This document shows, piece by piece, positions 29,945 through 33,214 of a stretch of DNA of 33,214 nucleotides. Position 1 is the first letter of the stretch. The number at the start of each line of letters is the position of its first letter. Below the pieces are notes generated by a model. It was not told the origin of the DNA and made no database searches. It saw only the letters and a list, made by a program, of their open reading frames with translations. Made by a program: the position numbers and the translations under genes. This DNA comes from a virus (taxonomy: Duplodnaviria; Heunggongvirae; Uroviricota; Caudoviricetes): the IMG/VR virus record IMGVR_UViG_2537561930_000012. The stretch is one strand, 5' to 3'.

Positions 29945-30604
29945 AAAACTTTATATGGATGCTATTTTTATAATAGCTGGTAAAAACTGGCCGAACTGAA
30001 ATTCACTGTTGATAAAAAAGATGTGTTTGAGTGTATGTCATTGTTTTCTTAATGGAATCCACTAGAATGCAGCGAATTTAAGAAGGTGGGTTTTTATTGG
30101 AATATAAACTACAATAATGCTCAACTCGTTCGTAGAATTGTTTTTTCTTATTTCTTGGAATGCTAACCATTATATGCATTATGGGGGCGATGCTTCCTGA
30201 TAATTTACATGATGCATACATTGAAGCAATAAATTCAATATCATTGTCATCAAAGTTAAAGCTTTCTCCGTCCATTTCAATTCCTTATGTGTTTGGCACA
30301 ACTGATGCTGTATCCCATGAGAATTTATGCAAGTTGTTATGTTTGATTTGATATTGCAATGATAATTGTAGCTAATTGTTTTCAATTGAGTGAAAGTTTA
30401 TTTCGAGTGATTAAGTCGAAAAAAAAGATTTCTCACGGTTAGTAAGCATATTAGGTCAGTATTCAGATATGAATGGTATTAATGACTAAATTTTCAATCA
30501 TATATGGATTTTTATGCTGATGAAGATGTTTTATTTGGCGATTCGTCAAGCATCTTCACTTAAGTAATCGTATATTTTAAGAGTGCAAAAGAGAAAGGGA
30601 CAAC

Positions 30605-30703
30605 GTTGCTCGCACTCTGGATTAAATATAGGGTATTGTTAAACTTCGTTGATACATAATTGTACCGGATATTGAGTGGTCTGAAGTCCCAGTCATTAAG
30701 TAA
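30605..30703 (+). repeat. Decayed third copy of the tfa 3' end (more diverged remnant)
   Basis: Alignable to 29170-29258 (...ctggattaaatatagggtattgttaaac...taccggatattgagtgg...taa); encodes LWIKYRVLLNFVDT* and, in another frame, PDIEWSEVPVIK*. Confidence 0.45.
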
Positions 30704-31051
30704 TTGTTTCGTGATATGCTGCAGAAACGTTGTATGCAATAACGTTCTGCGGTTGGCTGGTGAAATTTCGATAGTGCGGGTATTGAATGATTTCCAGCCG
30801 TTACCGATTTTATATAACTGCAGTGGAATTATTCAACACACAGGCAAAACTGAATAAGCTGAGAAAAAAGCGTGCTTTCCCAATCTGGGGCAAATCACTT
30901 CTGAATGACACCTGAAAACAGGTGGTGGACTCAAGAAGGCTTGGAATATTCTTCTTTAATGTTATGTAATTCATTGATTTTTCGTGTACGATTTTAAGAC
31001 ATTTATTCCAAGAAAAATTTTTAACTCTTTGATTTTTCGACTCTGTATCAT

Positions 31052-31113
31052 CGGTCTCGAAAACCGGAGTAGGGGCAACTCTACCGGGGGTTCAAATCCC
31101 CCTCTCTCCGCCA
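31052..31113 (+). other. 3' fragment of tRNA-Ser (serU-type, anticodon arm through CCA end), likely prophage attachment-site (attR) scar
   Basis: 62 nt CGGTCTCGAAAACCGGAGTAGGGGCAACTCTACCGGGGGTTCAAATCCCCCTCTCTCCGCCA; upstream sequence does not continue into the tRNA 5' half. Confidence 0.6.
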
Positions 31114-31697
31114 CTTTATCAATGACTTATCTCCCGACTTCCCGCCTTGCTTTTCCTAAACAGAACAATCGTAGAATATTCTTGAAGGGTTAGATCGTCA
31201 CTGTTTTCTGTTCGATACTGTGACATTCAGCACTTGATTCGCTATGGATCTGACAGGAAGGTTTTGAGCGAAAATTTGCAGTTATTCAGTCGTTTTCTTA
31301 TCGGTCACCATTATTCTTTTAGACATTGATCCTACAAAGCTGCCGCAAAGTTGGTGGTGGGAACTGAAGTTGCGTAGAGAAGGGGTCAATACCCGGAGGC
31401 AAACATGGGCTGGCAAAAGTGTAGCGGTATTAGGCGCAGCTATTTAGCCTAGTTATGTTTTATGAAAACTTGATATCATATAAGTGTCTTACTTATTGGC
31501 TGTAAATAAGTTTTTCCTAAGGAATTGTTTCTTGAGTATCATTTGTAACTGTAACGGAATTTATAATCCTTTGCTTTATTGTTACGGTATTTTTTATCAC
31601 ACCCTATTTTTTATGTGGTTTTTTATACTGAAGTTTGGCAAAGTGAACTTTATATGCATATACTTCATCCTGGTTTCAGTTAAGTTGGGTGGATGAT

Positions 31698-32441
31698 ATG
31701 GCAACTACATGTTCAGTTATATTGATTTTGGAGTCCTTTGATGTTTATTTCGGAAAAGAGAGTGTGTTTCTAGAGAAAGGTTCATCTGTACTTGTCGACT
31801 CTAGCTCTAGAGATTTTTTCCTGACATATCCTGAAAGAGTGATAGTGGCGGATTTTGGCGCTGAGTTTATTAGTCGCTATTTGAAAGCTAATAACTTAAG
31901 GGATATTTCTGATTGTAGGGAATATCCATCTTATTTAAAAATAAACTTTGCTGACTTCAGTTTAATTAAAGGATTAATTAGTTGGGCTAATCACTGTGCT
32001 GAATACATAGAAATTTTTGATGAGTCTATTGCTTTTACATGTCTCTCTGCATTTTCTTCTGAAAAACAATTTGGAGTATTTCTGTTTGAATGTTTGAAAA
32101 GCACAGAGGCTAAAGTTAAAACGATTATTCATACGGATTTATCTGCACCATGGCGTCTTAAGGATATATCATCAAGATTATATCTCAGCGAAAGTTTACT
32201 AAAGAGGAAATTGAAAGAAGAGGGGGTATCATTCAGTAAGATCATACTTGATGAGAGGATGCAAATGGCTGAATATTTACTCAGCACTCGTTGTTATCCT
32301 ATTAGTAAAGTAGCTAAGGTCTGTGGTTATGCCAGTGTCTCATACTTTACTTATGTATTTAGACGTTATTTTGGTGTTTCTCCAAGTCAATACTCTCAGA
32401 GGAGTTCAGAAAGTAAAATTCTTACTCACCAGGGAATCTGA
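31698..32441 (+). CDS. AraC/XylS-family transcriptional regulator (AppY/YdeO/GadX-like)
   Basis: About 247 aa (ATG 31698; track ORF from GTG 31689); C-terminal dual-HTH AraC signature (WRLKDISSRLYLSESLLKRKLKEEGVSFSKIILDERMQMA...CGYASVSYFTYVFRRYFGVSPSQY); AT-rich gene. Confidence 0.75.
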   Translation: MATTCSVILILESFDVYFGKESVFLEKGSSVLVDSSSRDFFLTYPERVIVADFGAEFISRYLKANNLRDISDCREYPSYLKINFADFSLIKGLISWANHCAEYIEIFDESIAFTCLSAFSSEKQFGVFLFECLKSTEAKVKTIIHTDLSAPWRLKDISSRLYLSESLLKRKLKEEGVSFSKIILDERMQMAEYLLSTRCYPISKVAKVCGYASVSYFTYVFRRYFGVSPSQYSQRSSESKILTHQGI

Positions 32442-32482
32442 TCATTGTTCTTGCCCCCTTATTTCCAGACAGGGGGTGTATC

Positions 32483-32848
32483 TTAAGTTAACGTTACCCG
32501 CTGACGTCGATATTCTCGCGGAGAGCGATAACCCAACGCACTGTGCGGATGGTTTTCATTGTAATGATCGATCGCCACTGCAAGATTATGCAATGCCGTT
32601 CTTACATTCGGTTTCGGCATGAACGCGATGTAGTCTTCCTTCATCGTTTTCACGAACCTTTCTGCCATTCCATTACTCTGAGGACTGCTGATTGCCGTTG
32701 TGCAGGGCTCCAGATTCAACTCTCTGGCGAACTGCCATGTTTCATGCGCTCTATACGCTGAACCGTTATCTGTCAGCCACTGGATGGACTGTTCCGGTAC
32801 TTTATCGCCAAAGCGTTTTTCTATCGCTCCTAACATGACATCCTGCAC
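32483..32848 (-). mobile_element. Truncated IS3-family (IS2-like) transposase OrfB, C-terminal half of the DDE/rve catalytic domain
   Basis: 121-aa minus-strand ORF with DNGSAYRA...[11 protein letters not shown]...[14 protein letters not shown]; the N-terminal half and orfA of this copy are missing. Confidence 0.7.
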
Positions 32849-32992
32849 TGTCGCTTTATCGTAACCTCCCGTGCTTGCGGCCCAGTCTATGGCTTCACGA
32901 TCGCAACAGTCCAGGGCGAACGTAACACGCAGTTTTGAATCGCCACGGGTTTAACAGACACCTCAGAGTCATTTAAGATGGCTTAAAGAGAG

Positions 32993-33214
32993 GTGCCCAT
33001 GAGCGGTAAGCGTTATCCCGAAGAGTTTAAAACTGAAGCAGTCAAACAGGTTGTTGATCGCGGTTATTCTGTTGCCAGCGTTGCAACACGTCTCGATATC
33101 ACCACCCACAGCCTTTATGCCTGGATAAAGAAGTACGGTCCGGATTACTCCACTTTTTCATCAAGCCAATCCGCCCACCACTGCATCATTTCTCTGCGCT
33201 TATCGAGATACTGA
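32993..33214 (+). CDS. IS3-family transposase OrfA (HTH), opposite orientation to the adjacent OrfB fragment; C-terminal region looks aberrant
   Basis: 73-aa ORF MPMSGKRYPEEFKTEAVKQVVDRGYSVASVATRLDITTHSLYAWIKKYGPD... then non-conserved tail before stop at 33212-33214. Confidence 0.65.
   Translation: MPMSGKRYPEEFKTEAVKQVVDRGYSVASVATRLDITTHSLYAWIKKYGPDYSTFSSSQSAHHCIISLRLSRY

Noticed and set aside
30078-30385. Two overlapping minus-strand ORFs (65 and 68 aa) in the AT-rich region
   Set aside because: Short, overlapping in different frames, no recognisable motifs; AT-rich DNA yields such ORFs by chance. They could be fragments of a decayed gene, but that cannot be supported from sequence alone.
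30984-31193. 69-aa + strand ORF
   Set aside because: It runs through the tRNA-Ser 3' fragment, so it is an RNA-gene remnant read as protein.

Overview
This window reads as the late region of a lambda-like (lambdoid) prophage from an enterobacterial chromosome, all on the + strand, ending at a tRNA-Ser 3' fragment that looks like the attachment-site scar. Calls are from reading the sequence and ORF track against remembered phage families; no database search was run. Gene order: DUF968/HNH-motif protein, RusA, antiterminator Q, pR'-like promoter and terminator, four tRNA or tRNA-like genes, lysis cassette (S21-type pinholin, DUF1327, SAR endolysin, Rz/Rz1), terminase small and large subunits, gpW, portal, protease-capsid fusion, FII-like protein, tail genes Z-U-V-G/T-H-M-L-K-I-J, lom, stf, tfa. 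Past tfa lies about 1.8 kb of AT-rich, ORF-poor DNA with two decayed tfa 3'-end copies, then the tRNA-Ser fragment (31052-31113), an AraC-family regulator and truncated IS3-family debris. No stx, integrase, repressor or CRISPR array is present. Most worth a second look: a tandem pair of paralogous small hydrophobic peptide ORFs inserted between endolysin and Rz; single-nucleotide frameshifts in tail genes I and J; degenerate phage-borne tRNAs; and the decayed tail-fibre graveyard before the att scar.
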